Positions 1-12,470 of a stretch of 64,000 nt of DNA are shown one piece after another. The DNA comes from Podarcis erhardii (lineage: Eukaryota). The notes below the pieces were generated by a model that worked only from the letters and a program-made list of their open reading frames with translations, had not been told where the DNA came from and did no database searches. A program made the translations under genes and the position numbers. The stretch lies in the NCBI GenBank assembly GCA_964252035.1, contig OZ176209.1; one strand, written 5' to 3'. The stretch's first letter is position 1, and the number at the start of each line of letters is the position of its first letter.

Positions 1-649
1 CTGCACATTTCCACATCCCCAGTAGGAGATCGCACAGATGTTTTTGTATTTTCTATTTCTATTTTCTTCCCATCAACCCGCTTTCCAATATTGCTGTGAG
101 CAAAGAACTGTGAAAAGCCAAAGGACAGGAACAGACAGCTTTTAGCCAGTGAGCTGCCTTTTCCTCACCAAATTCTTGCAGGATGACAAACTGCAAGCAT
201 ATTGCACAAAACAACAAAAATCATCTGTCCAGCTAAATATGGTTGCCAGCATTTTATTGTCTGAGACATTTCAAGGGCATTCCCAAATTACTTCAGTATT
301 TATCAGGCACTGTGTTGCAGCTCTTACAACATGCCTCATGAGTTGTCCATGATGCAGTTTTTATTGATGCTAGGCTTTTCTTCCCAGATATCCTTAAATA
401 TTGTGTGAACACCATCCGGCATTCATTGCAGAAAGCAATTTACTAGCTTGTTACCATCTAAGGTGCACTTCAGCAGAAGTTTAATAGTTAGCATCTGGTC
501 CCATTAACCTCACTCCGACCTTGTTGTCCTGACCAGGGTTTGTGTGGAGCGTGGGGTGGCAGTACTCACTGCTGCAGATGACCAGCTCACTATTTTTTGC
601 TGCCAATGGCAGCCATTTTGTGCTAACATCCACAGTACCTTTATCAATA

Positions 650-803
650 CGGTGGTACCTTGGTACCTGAACGGCTTGGCTCCTGAACAAATCGGCTCCC
701 GAACGCTACAAACCCGGAAGTGACTGTTCTGGTTTGCGAATGTTTTTTGGAAGCCGAAATGGACTCCTGGAACAGATTAAGTTCAAGAACCAAGGTATCA
801 CTG
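650..803. mobile_element. Tc1/mariner (Tigger-like) MITE
   Basis: TIRs cggtggtaccttgg / ccaaggtatcactg, flanked by TA on both sides; same termini as 60269-60491 and 62566-62815. Confidence 0.8.
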
Positions 804-912
804 TACATGAATACACTGTTTTTACGCCCCCCCCCCAAAAAAAAAGCTTGTGGAAAACTCAGAGCAGATGACTTACATGAGGTCCTGGGGACTTTCCCAT
901 CCATCCAGTGTA

Positions 913-1275
913 GGTAAAGGTAAAAGACCCCTGGATGGTTAAGTCCAGTCAAAGGTGACTTTGGGGTTTTAGGGCTCATCTTGCTTTCAGGCCGAGGGAG
1001 CCAGCGTTTGTCCACAGAGAGCTTTCCGGGTCATGTGGCCAGCATGACTAAACCGCTTCTGGCACAATGGAAACCAGAGCGCATGGAAATGTTGTTTACC
1101 TTCCCGCCACAGCAGTACCTATTTATCTACTTGCACTGGCCTGCTTTTGAACCGCTAGGTTGCCAGAAGCTGGGACAGAACAACGGAAGCTCACCCCGTC
1201 ACAGGGATTCGAACCGCTGACTTTCTGATCGGCAAGGTCAAGAGGCACAGTGGTTTAGACCACAGTGCCACCTGT
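913..1275 (-). mobile_element. Sauria SINE
   Basis: ggtaaaggtaaa tail at left (reverse complement of the acctttacc tail); diagnostic body gtacctatttatctacttgcac; tRNA-like head with ggattcgaacc B-box at right. Confidence 0.92.
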
Positions 1276-2368
1276 GTAGGGGAAAGTATAGGATATAAAT
1301 AAATTTACCTGCCTCTTTGCATGTGTGATACAAATAGGATTCTTTCATTACAATCTGGGATGCTCTTATTTAGCTCTTTGATCTTTTCTACAGCATGACC
1401 AGCATGTTCAGTCTGTCCTGACTCATAGTGATGTAAAAATTCATATGACATTCTGCAATATACCTGCAATATCCAAATTATATACCTAAATTGTAAACAC
1501 CCACTTAATTTCTTTTAAAGTCTCAAAAAATATTTCATCCAACCAAACTTGTAACTATTTGAAAAATCTTTTAACTGGAGTGGGGCAACTGTGCTGTATT
1601 GTTTTGTTTTGGGTTGTGTCTCTGCCCCAGACTATTAGTATATAGTAAGCCATGATTCTTCTCACATCCACAGCCTGATTCTGTGAAGCTGTTTCAACAT
1701 ACTGTACCAGATAACATGAGCCAGAGCCAGCTAGCTCTGGTTCCATCAGAGTAGCTTCACCTTGAACACAGTAGTTTTAAAAACTGGGCCAATTTGGAAA
1801 TGCAGTGAGGCCAGCTAAGTGATGAAATGTTCTTAGTACATCCTAGGCTTGTTGGCAGTCTCTGTTCATATGAAGCCATTGGTCAATGAATCATTCAAAC
1901 AGCAACAGATGCAGAGTAACCCACTCCTTCTCAGTCTGGAAGAGTTGTGAGAATCAACTTGTAAACTTATGCATTTCCTAATTTTTGTTATATGTGTGAA
2001 CTCCGGGTACACTCTCTTTATTTGAGGCCTGCACCCTTCCCTGGAGGCCACCTTATACCTTGAACACCTGTCTAATTCTCTTTATGAAGTGAACATCTGA
2101 GGTGTCTGGATGAGGACTCAGCAGAGGACCCCAGATACACCCCAGGATTTACCAAAGCCCTGTACAACTCTGTTTGCTTTGTGATACTGATGACTTATGC
2201 AAACGCATCATAATCCTATTGGAATCCTATTTGGGAGTAAATGGATTGAACTTAGTGAGGGTTACTCGCAAGGAAATGAGTAGCAACGGGCTGTACATTT
2301 GCTTTGATGTGCATTTTAACACAAAATGTGCAGTTAGAAAAAGGGGGAAGGACTGGAACAGTTAGGTG

Positions 2369-2516
2369 TGGTGCTTTTTTTTCTAAAAAAATGTTTAGGG
2401 GTGCTCTCATTTTCCTACTCATATTGAAATGCTGCCCCTCAATGAGGCCAAACTTAGATTCACAAAATGTTTAGGGGTATGCATACCCCTGCATCCCCTC
2501 AGAAAAAAAAGCACTG
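2369..2516. mobile_element. hAT-type MITE (cagtgctttttt family)
   Basis: TIRs gtgctttttttct / agaaaaaaaagcactg; 8-bp TSD gttaggtg / gttgggtg; near-identical body at 48731-48882. Confidence 0.85.
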
Positions 2517-5511
2517 GTTGGGTGCATGTGTTTATTTGTAAGAAGAGGTCTCTCCTAGGCTGCATCTATCCTGGAATTGTTTTGAAGATGTTTTTATTCT
2601 TTAATTGCTTGTTCTTTGCTGCCTTGAACTCATTTGCGAGGAAGGACTAGAAACAATCAATCAATCAATCATGCACTTAAATGCATATACAATATACAGT
2701 CAAACCTCCGAGTTCCAAGGTTTGACTGTATACATAGATATGGGTAGAATGTGCGCAATTTCCCTACTTATTCTGCCCAAACCATATTAAAACAGCTTTT
2801 GTTTTTGGCCCACTTCATTTTCAGACAGGTAACACTTCATCACATTCCTTAAAATATTATTCTTTTAGTGCCTTAGGGTTATATCTCATCCACTTGCCAC
2901 ATTCCTCCCTAGCAGACATGGGTGTTGGCCATGTCCACAGGTGACCATGTGTTTCGTGGGAAATATACTTTATGGAAGTACGTCTGCATACAGATAGGGC
3001 TGCATCATTTGGAACCTTAGCCAGTCAGGGATTGCAGCAGGATGGAGGAGTCCTATGCACACACACCTCTATTTTTGCAGGATCCTGTTCTCACTAAGAC
3101 TGAACTTGTTGCTGCTAGAGGTTATGTCCAGTGTTCACATTGGTATATGAAGGGCATGACTGCTGCATATCTTTCTGCCACCCCCTCATGCATATGTTGA
3201 ATGCATTTTTGCGAACACTCCTCTCTTAGCACAGCCTTAGATGTGATAAAATCAGGGATTGCTCCAGTAACTCAATACTGGCATTGCTAGACTCCACAAA
3301 GAGGCCCACACAATGGTCATGCTGGTTTGCCTTGCGGATGCCATGGCTTAGTTGCACATTGGTGAGCATCTGACTATAACTGACCCATTGCAGAACGCAG
3401 ATCACACAGGTCAGTTGATTCAGAAAGCAATTATTCAAAGAAAGGAACCACCGAGAAGCAGCAAATTGTATTAGCTGATTTGCCACCTGAATAGGTTTTT
3501 TCCCCCATGGACAGAACAATCACAAAGCTTAGCCAGTTTTTATTGCGGCATAATTATGCATAGCATAATTGTATGTAGCAAGGCATTTGTCTCCAAAAAG
3601 CCTCTGTGCTCTTGCTGAAGCTCATAACTCCTGACTTACTTTTAATCCTTCTGCCCCTAGTAAGTCGACTGTTAGCATGCGTTTGCAACAACATATTATA
3701 AGTCTCCGCAGAAGATAGGCAATATTAATTATTAAAGTCAAACATAAGCCTTCAGAGCATAACAAATCATTTTAATAAAGTAAGTAATCATTCACTTTGG
3801 CTGATGAAGATAAGCCTCACATTTAGTGGGAACTCAGACACCTTTAGCAGGAGGTAAATTTTGCCAAGTCAGCAAGTATGAAATGGTTTCTCAGGGACAG
3901 TGTTCCAGAGAATTATTTTCTGCTGTGTTCTGCTTTGTGACAGAAATTTGACTGATACTAAAAGAACAGAAATCCCCTAAAGCTCAGAATGGATTCTTGC
4001 TGTCTTCCTATGGCTATTTCAGTGCTATTTTATTATTTTATTCCATTTATATTACGCTGTTCTTCCTGGAAGGTACAATATGTTTTTAAGCTGGCAGAGA
4101 ATTAGTGCAGGCTGCCCTAAATTTGTGGCTTTTAAGGCAGAAAGGCCCCCCCAAATTTTCAGTACGGAGGAGTTCTAATAAATCTGGGGTCCACAGTGTG
4201 GCCCCTGTAGGCATCTGTGCTCACCAAGGTTTTCCTTGGTAGCTGCAAGAAGACCTTAACCATTGAAACAAAATATGGGTTTCCGAAAGCTTCTTTCCCC
4301 ACCTGCTACTTTCCATGGTCAGAACACTTCCTCCTTGCCCTCTGGCCTTTGCATAGAGTTAAATCACACCCACTGTGCCTCTGATTGGACATCATCCTTT
4401 TATTTCTCAATGCCAGCCAGAGTGAGAGGAGACAGTGTCTATTTCTGAGTGGGATTTGGTGACATGCCCGCAAATTCAGGTTGTACAATTAAAGTTCACT
4501 TGGAGACCTTACAGCTTCCCAAAAAGATCAGACTTTTTGCAATAAGGAAAGTGATGGGGAAATGCCCTGGAAATTGTGGGATAATGCTTGCTTGACTCGG
4601 CATCGTCTAACCTCCCTGCTATCAAAGCTGAAAGAATGCTAATGAAATACTGTAACACGCATCCAATCTGTCTGCAAACAGATCAGGATGAATGCTCAAA
4701 CAGGTTGTCTGGAAAGTGTTGTAGCACGTTGACAAGACAATTGCACATCCATTGCATTAGTTTAGAGAACAGCCTGGTTAATTCATGAGCATGTGAAAAA
4801 GGCAGGTGAGTTCAACATCTGATACTTTCAAGGAGTATAAGAAAAAAGCAGGTGGAGGCAGGCAGGGCCAGGCCTGCTTCCCATGGCAGAGATTTGTGCG
4901 TATGTTTTCATTTGATTGCGTTTTGTTCTAAGGAAAAGGGCTTTGTCAGGACAAGCTGACAGGGTCTTCTTAAATATGGGATTTGGGTTTCATTATTTTT
5001 TAAAGAAGAAGTGCTCTCTGTGGTTCCGGTAAATAAAACTGTATGACGGGTAGAGTTTCTGATTTACTCAAAAATCAATATTCTTTTTCGACTGAAGATG
5101 CTGGAATTACCTTCTTTCCTAACAGCCGGAGCAAACCTCTGGGCTCTGTGCAGGTGTGAGACAGGAAGTAATTATCAACAGCAGCCGCCATGCAGAGATA
5201 AAAAGAAAATAAAGATTCTAAGCACCATAGGACTGTTAACCTGTTCTGAGTCAAATTGCTTCCCTTGTGATGTTGCAGCTGACTACTGCAATGTCAGGAT
5301 GTTAAAACAAAGTACTGACATTACTGAGGATCCATACAATTCAGCTTCTTTGCTTGTGGTTATGTTCAGAGAGAGAGAGAGAAGTCAGTTTGTTCATTGG
5401 GAGATGCGCTAGAAATAGTAATTGCAAACATACTGTTACAAAAGTTGGGTGCCACACCCACTCTCTGCCAAGGGGTCCAGGCGCTCACCTAGGGTCTGTG
5501 TTCCTTTGGAA

Positions 5512-6765
5512 CAGTGTTTATCAACCTTTTCCCCCCAACTGTGGCCCCCTTCTGATCTTGTTTCCTTCCTGTGCCCCCCCCCACCATCCAAGTGAGGATT
5601 TCCAATTAAGATCCACCCTCTATTGTGTGGGCAGGTAATCCCCCCCCTTACCTGGCCTGGTTTCCCTGGCAACGCTTCCCCCAGGTGGGATTGGACAACT
5701 CACTGGGGTAGGCGGGGACCTCCAGGTATCCCACCTGAGGGAAGGCAAAGCCTATGCTGATGGGGCCACTCCAGATCCAGGGCTACACGCGTCCACGCAA
5801 AAGGCGCCCCCCGTTTTAAGTGGGGAGCGGTCATTACAAACAAAACATTAAAATAGCTACCTTTCTACCGGTAGGGGGGGCACAGGAAGGAAACAAGATC
5901 AGAAGGGGGGCACAGTTGGGGGGAAAAGGTTGATAAACACTGTTCCAAAGGAACACAGACCCTAGGTGAGCGCCTGGACCCCTTGGCAGAGAGTGGGAGT
6001 GGCAGAAAGGTAGCTATTTTAATGTTTTGTTTGTAAATAGAAGATGTTTTATTTATCATTTTAAAAATAATTTCTACAAATTACAATTACATAAAAATTT
6101 ATACTTTAAGTATTTCTCGATCAATGCGACCCTTGTGCTTGATGACCAGAAAAAAGCTTTGTTTTATATATCCGATTCTATTGTTGTAAGAGATAACTGA
6201 AGATCACCTCAGTCCATTATGTTAAGGCGATTCCACGTTAGGCTGAGTAAATAATTCACACAACTGAAACCTGATTTTACCAAATACGAAGTAGGAAATG
6301 CCATGAAAAACACAGATGTGGAAACGTTTTAGATATTGTACTCTTTATCCAAAAATGGTCTGCAGCAACATACAGCTGTATCTCCTTTCTCAGTAATACT
6401 TGCATGAAGAAACAGCACCCCACACACTAACACTGTTTCAGCCACACACCTTGCCCATGATGAACGAGAGGCAGACAGCTTAGTGTCCCCAGTGGGGGAG
6501 GGGGAGGGGGGAGGAGGCAGAAGTGACATTACCGCAAAGTGTGTGTGGCGATCCATGGTCACTTCTCTGTTCACTCTACTTCTGTTTTCTCTTTCCTTCA
6601 TTTCTCTATTTTCTTTTGTCTTTTCTTGGTCACTTCTCTGTTTTCTTCACTTCTCACTTCTTTCTGTGCCCCCCCCCGTCTCATGCCATGCCGCCCCGCC
6701 ATTTACACAATTTTTACCTGTGGCCCCCGTGGAATATCCTGGGGGCTTTCGGTTGAGAAACGCTG
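5512..6765 (-). mobile_element. Non-autonomous hAT (Charlie/Buster-like) element with an internal templated insertion
   Basis: TIRs cagtgtttatcaacc (5512) and ggttgagaaacgctg (6765); 8-bp TSD ctttggaa (5504-5511) / ctttggag (6766-6773); contains a transposase C-terminal remnant. Confidence 0.88.
6121..6360 (-). pseudogene. hAT transposase C-terminal dimerisation-domain remnant (stops and frameshifts)
   Basis: Minus strand reads DHFWIK...FMAFPTSYLVKSGFSCVNYLLSLTWNRLNIMD*GDLQLSLTTIESDI...GHQAQGSH*, matching the hAT motif F-P-(T/S)-S-Y-L-x-E-x-G-F-S...RNRL...GDLRL...H-x-S-H*. Confidence 0.85.
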
Positions 6766-7479
6766 CTTTGGAGAATTGAGACACGGCATGGATTGTCGTA
6801 GCTTTAAGAAATATGGCTTATTCACCTATTTACACCTTCAGTCCGCATGGAGTTCAGATCTTACTGCACGGTCATTTCAAGAGAGGCTTGTCCCCCACAG
6901 CCATGGAGCCCAAGGCATCTCTCCCAGCCAGCCTTCAGCCAGTCTGCCCAAGATGGATCCCAGTCTTGTTTCTCCCTCCTTCCAAGAATATCTTGCTCAA
7001 AAACTTCACTTGGCCAGCCAGGCTGGTTTGCAAAAGCCAGCCAAGGAATTCCTTGTCTAGCACAGCTCTGCAGCTTATACTTTCATCCATATCCCAGTGA
7101 ATCAAAATCCTATCATTTATTAATTTCTAGGGTTTAGGGGATACCCCTGTTATGGAAATTACAGGGGGGGCACATCTTTAAAGTTGTTAAATGTTACAAA
7201 TATTATGCCTTAATGTATCCTTTTGACTTGACAGCTATGGGAAGATACCTAGCTTTAAAAATCATATAAAATCAACTCCTTTGCCAGTTTCTTCCATTCC
7301 AATGTTATTTTGCCCTTGAAAAAAGGACTCCAGGAAGTGCCCAGAGGTGACAATTGCTGAGCTGATTGTTGGCCAAGGAAAGCCTAATCCCATCAGCAGA
7401 CTTGCCCCAGGGGTCCAGACATGCAAAGGAAGTTCTATTGTACTTTGGGTGGTGGGATTTCAGAGGTGTTTGCCTATGC

Positions 7480-7731
7480 CAGGCATGACCAAAAGGTAGA
7501 TCATGTTCTACTGGTAGACTGCAGGGTGTTCCTAGTAGATCCTGGTTGATCTCTGGCCCCTCAGCAATCTCTTTACAAAAAGGAAAAAAACCCCACCAAC
7601 TTTGGCTTACTAAAAAAAGCTCCACAACTTTGGGTAGATCACTGCCAGTCTTTTTATGAAAAAGGGTAGATCACTGCCAGTTTTGTTATACTGTGAGTAG
7701 ATCACAGTCTGTTGGGAGTTGGATGTCCCTG
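7480..7731. mobile_element. hAT-type MITE
   Basis: Termini caggcatgaccaa / ttggatgtccctg; perfect 8-bp TSD gcctatgc (7472-7479, 7732-7739); internal gtagatc repeats. Confidence 0.85.
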
Positions 7732-8201
7732 GCCTATGCTAATCTTATACCTGGGTTTTGCCCTGACATGTCTGCTTATGCTAATCTTGTACCAAGGACT
7801 TGTTTGGACATGTTTGCCAAGGTTGAACTAGTGTAACCCCTGTCTGCCCCTCCCCTTTTGTGACATATCAGTGATGTAGCAGTGATGCTGTACAAACTGT
7901 ATTCTGGGATATGGTGGGAAAGTTTTAAAAGTAAATATCATCCCATGCTCGGGGTTCTTACTGCTGTTTGAACCTGCTGCGCAGCAATAAAGGATCCAAG
8001 TCTACTGACTGCTGTTTTGCTGCAAATTACTTGGCTGGAATTTCCTTCTTTTACTGACTGCATGGAGCCGCAGAAGACTTGTGCCCCAACGAACTGGGCT
8101 GTTGAGTAGTGACTCAACCCAGAAATTTTTTTAACACCCCCAAATGTATAACAACACACACAGCAAAGGTAATGGCTGAAGAAATAATTGACATGGATTT
8201 T

Positions 8202-8339
8202 GAGGCTTTGCCAACCTGGTGCTCTCCAGATGTTTTGGCCTATAACTTGCCTCAGTTTCAGACAGGACAGCCATGCTGGCTGGGGCTGATGGGAGTTGTA
8301 GTCCAAAACATCTGGAGAGCACCAGGTTGGCAAAGGCTG
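8202..8339. mobile_element. Palindromic hAT-like MITE
   Basis: Long TIRs ctttgccaacctggtgctctccagatgttttgg / ccaaaacatctggagagcaccaggttggcaaag; partial relatives near 19530-19613, 47215-47300 and 60838-60905. Confidence 0.8.
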
Positions 8340-8459
8340 AAGTTTATATTAAAGAGAGCTTTACATTACAGATGCCTCCTGATTCCAGGAGCTATTTCTC
8401 ATAGATCAAATTAACTAAGAGCATTATATGATAAAACATTGACTGCACTGGTGTTACAT

Positions 8460-8830
8460 GGATGCGGATGGCGCTGTGATCTAAACCACTGAGTCTCTTG
8501 GGCTTGCTGACTGGAAGATCAGCGGTTCAAATCCGCACGACAGGGTGAGCTCCCGTTGCTCTGTCCCAGCTTCTGCCAACCTTTGAAAGCATACCAGTGC
8601 AAGTAGATAAATAGGTACCGCTGTGGTGGGAAGGTAAACAGCGTTTCCATGTGCTCTGGCACTTGTCATGGTCCTCCATGCACCAGTAGTTGTTTAGTCA
8701 TGCTGCCCACAAGACCTGGAAAGCTGTCTGTGGACAAATGCCAGCTCCCTTGGCTTGAAAGTGGAGATTAGTGTTGCACACGATAGTCGCCTTTGACTGG
8801 ACTTAACTGTCCAGGGCTCCTTTACCTTTA
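8460..8830 (+). mobile_element. Sauria SINE
   Basis: Head gatgcggatggcgctgtg...ggttcaaatcc; body gcaagtagataaataggtacc; tail cctttacctttac. Confidence 0.92.
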
Positions 8831-10544
8831 CAGTGACATGAAAGTATAAAGCTAGGGCAGAGGCTTCTTATGTAACATCCCCTACACTTTTCAGGCATTA
8901 TTATTGTATTGTACACTTGATCCATAGATCTCACAGCATAATATGACTGTTGGAGTCATTGAGTTTGTTGCAGTTCTGTGCTGGGTCAGTATCAATTCAC
9001 AGTGGCACCAGAGGCAGACACAGTTTCCTGGACATAACGGGAAACTGTGTTTAATTGAAGACAATGTGTTAATTGTGACATAAAGTGATGGGAGGAGGAA
9101 AGTGGCTCCGTAAGACTACCAGAAGTGTTATGTCATGCAGGGACTTATGTGAAGGCAAGACCACCAAACTCCTGAATAGATGCTCAGGATTGTGCAGTAA
9201 AAGGGAAATATATATGATTAATCTCATTTCTTTATAGAAATAGTTTCTAGACTCTGATGCTCCTAGATTTAGTTCCTAGATTTTGATGCAATATAAATTG
9301 CATGGCTAGTGGTCTGGCTTGGTCCTATTTAGATAAACTCTCTGGGAAAGCGCTATTGGCACCAATCAGTCTGAAATCCTTCTGCGTGGAGTTGAGTTCA
9401 TTGTCCTTATGAGGCATCTCTTGTTTACACAATATTCTTTTTGAAATGACATTGTAAATGCATGCCACTGGGTCATCTGACATGTTATATCTTGTTAGGT
9501 TCTATTTCTGGGCTGCCCCTTGCTTCTTGCTGTGGGAATGTTTTTCCCCCACAAACATTTGTAGGCAATAGCCTACTTTATTAGATACCTTTTACTAGGG
9601 GTATGCAAAACCCTTTCTGTATACTGGGCATTTTCCTAATCCATGTTATTGACTTGATGCCCTGATTCAGTGATCTTTTTACAGAAACTTTGGCATTTAC
9701 ACATACACAGAGCTCTGCCACTCATAATCAAGGAAAAAATTGCAAAATGTAGCAAAGGGGGGGTATACACAATTTTGTATACTCTCGCAAAACCCTTTTT
9801 TCCTAGAACTGAAATACAAAGTTCATATCGTATAATTGAGTGTATTGTTATGAGTTTTGTTTGGGTGAGGGGTGTAGGCTGTATGTTTGAACCCCTTTCT
9901 AATTCCTGGATCTAGCATGGATTCAATTACTGGACTAGCCAGGCTAGCTTCCAGGTGAGGTAACGGCCCTCTGTGTCTGGACCATTAAGGTAACAAAGGA
10001 AGTGGCTTCCTGCCAGATGACAAATGACAGAGCTGTGTCTGATTTCTGCTGGAATACAAGGCTGTGACTATGCCAAATCCTTTCTCATACTCATCATATT
10101 GTATTTGTTCTGTAAATGGACAAAGTTTTTCTCTCACCAGAGATAAGCATCAGATACCTTCCATGGGCAGTGCATCAGTTTTAAAATAACTGCAGACCAT
10201 GTTTTCCAGAAACTGCTAAGGAAGAAACTTGCAAACTGATAGAGCAAGTCTGTGAGAGGCATATCAAGCTCTTCTTGGGGGCTGGGAAGCCGGTAAAAAT
10301 GTATAGAAAAGAAAATAAGAGAAAGCTGTGCATGTATTTATGTTTGCAACATACACTGCTGGAGGGAATGAATATTTTCAAACAGCTGGATTCTAGCCAG
10401 CAAAGTTCAATACAGAGGTAACTGTGGCTCATATTAATATTAAACAGATGCCGTTTGAAGCAGGCTTCATTATTTTGAACCAGTCCGTTCAATGTTATTG
10501 CTTTCAGCATCCTTCTCTATTAACTGATGAAATGCCAGGAACTA

Positions 10545-10975
10545 TAATAGAGTCATAGAGTGGGAAGGGACCCTAACGTCCAACCCCAACAATGCAGGAA
10601 TCTCAACTAAAGCATCCATGACAGGTGGCCATCCAACCTCTGCTTAAAAATTTCCAATGAAGGAGAATCTGCCACCTCCCGAGGGAGTCCGTTCCACTGT
10701 CAAACAGGTCTTACTGTTAGAAAGTTCTTCCTGATGTTTAGTTGGAATCTCCTTTCTTGTAACTTGAATCCATTGGATCAAGTCCTACCTTCCAGAGCAG
10801 GAGAAAACAAGTTTACTCCATCTTCCATATGATAGCCCTTAAGATATCTGAAGATAGCAATTGTATCTCCTCTCAGTCTCCTCTTTTCCAGGATAAACGT
10901 ACCAAGCTCCTTCAACCGTTCCTCATAGGGCTTGGTTTCCAGGCCCTTGATCATCTTGGTCACCTTTCTCTGCAC
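10545..10975 (-). mobile_element. CR1 LINE 3' end (ORF2 C-terminus plus 3' UTR)
   Basis: [49 protein letters not shown] is the typical CR1 ORF2 C-terminus; ends in the tctatga-type tail. Confidence 0.93.
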
Positions 10976-11994
10976 ACTATATCATTAACTGAAGTTTTAG
11001 AAGTCTCCCAAATTCTTTCCCACAGGACATCCATCACTTGCCAATCTGTTCAAGTTTCCCGACTTCAAACATTCACAGTACATAGACAGTGAGTGCTTCT
11101 GAATGGGAGCGTAATACTGCAGGCGGGTTGTTCAGACATCACAAACAGGTATCTGGCAACAGTCGCTCCCCAGCTTATTGGCTTTTGTTGTGGTAAAGGT
11201 AAATCTGGATTAAAAGGGAGGAAAATGTGAGCTGGCATTTTGATGCTTGCAATGTGTGTATTCTGCAAAATCTTGCATGCATGAGCAGCCCCAGTCTCAC
11301 AATAAAAGCCTATCTGGAAGCAACCTATGAATGAAAAACAGACAACAGGCGAAATCCCAAAGCTGTTACCTACACGGAGTACGAATGAAGGATCATTGTT
11401 ATCCTTCCTGGTATAATCAGTTCCTGCCTTTCGTCTTTCATCGTAACCTTTTGCTTCCTGTGCTTGTATAAATACTGTTATCATCTGTTTTGAGAAATCC
11501 TTCCCACACATTTAAATGTGGCTGTGTAATACCCCAGGCAGCAATAGAGACACCAGGCCCAACAGAAAGCTGCCCAGACTGTTATTGCTGTTATTGAAAG
11601 TGACTGCTTGATGTAGCAGATATGAAGTATCACCAGAAAATGTTCTGAAAAAGCCAGCTAGGAAACAATTGCACTCAAGAAGTGCTAATCAAGTTCAGGG
11701 AGGGAACTTCATCTCCAGGAAGCTACAGTTCTTTGTTGATAAATCAGAGCCAAGGTCTGACTAATGTTTTTTCTCAGAATTCTAGATTTAAAAAAACAAA
11801 ATTAATAAATAAAATAAATAAATACAAATGAAAACATGTTCACTGTTTAAGGTCTTGTTGCCCCAAACAATTCTGTACAGGCTTCATGTTTGTGAAGAGC
11901 CCACAGAAAAATAACTTGTATGATTGAATTATGAATCTTTAATATTGCTAATTGCTTGTCATAGTGCTAGTGAGCTGGCTATTTATGCCTAAAT

Positions 11995-12271
11995 CAGGGG
12001 TGTCCAAACTTTTTTCAAAGATGGCCATATTTGATGAAGTGAACATGCATGAGGGCTGACCAAAGTTTTTGACCTTTTTTGGGGATTAAAACTGTTGAAG
12101 TATTTTAGGGATTCCCCCCCTAAGTTGCTGACCTTTTTTTTTAGTATTGAAGTTGTTGAGTTGTTGACCTTCTTTTAGGATTTTACCCCAGGAAATAAAC
12201 TGCCACAGGGGTTGGATTAAATAGACCGGCGGGCCGGATTAGGCTCCCGAGCGGGACTTTGGGCATGCCTG
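11995..12271. mobile_element. hAT-type MITE at the edge of a CR1 fragment
   Basis: TIRs caggggtgtccaaac / ctttgggcatgcctg; TSD gcctaaat / gcctaagt; internal aagttgttgaccttttt-like repeats. Confidence 0.85.
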
Positions 12272-12470
12272 GCCTAAGTGTAGAACCTTATATTTGTCCC
12301 TATTGAAATTCATTTTGCTAGTTTGGGCCCAGTTCTCTTATCTGTCAAGGTCATCTTGAATTCCAAATCTTTTTCTGCGGCATTAGCTACCTCTTCCAAT
12401 TTGATGTGCATCCCTTCAATTCCTTTGTCCAAGTTCATTGAACAACAATGGGCCTAGAACAGAACAGGAC
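12272..12470 (-). mobile_element. CR1 LINE reverse-transcriptase fragment
   Basis: Minus strand encodes IQDDLDR*ENWAQTSKMNFNRDKYKVLHLG, the CR1 RT region after the ADD motif. Confidence 0.88.

Noticed and set aside
6539-7060. Longest ORF (173 aa)
   Set aside because: Runs across the CT-rich interior and TIR of the hAT element into flanking DNA; no recognisable domain
7302-8090. ERV-like solo LTR around the 7480 MITE
   Set aside because: aataaa and LTR-like composition are present, but termini and TSD could not be fixed
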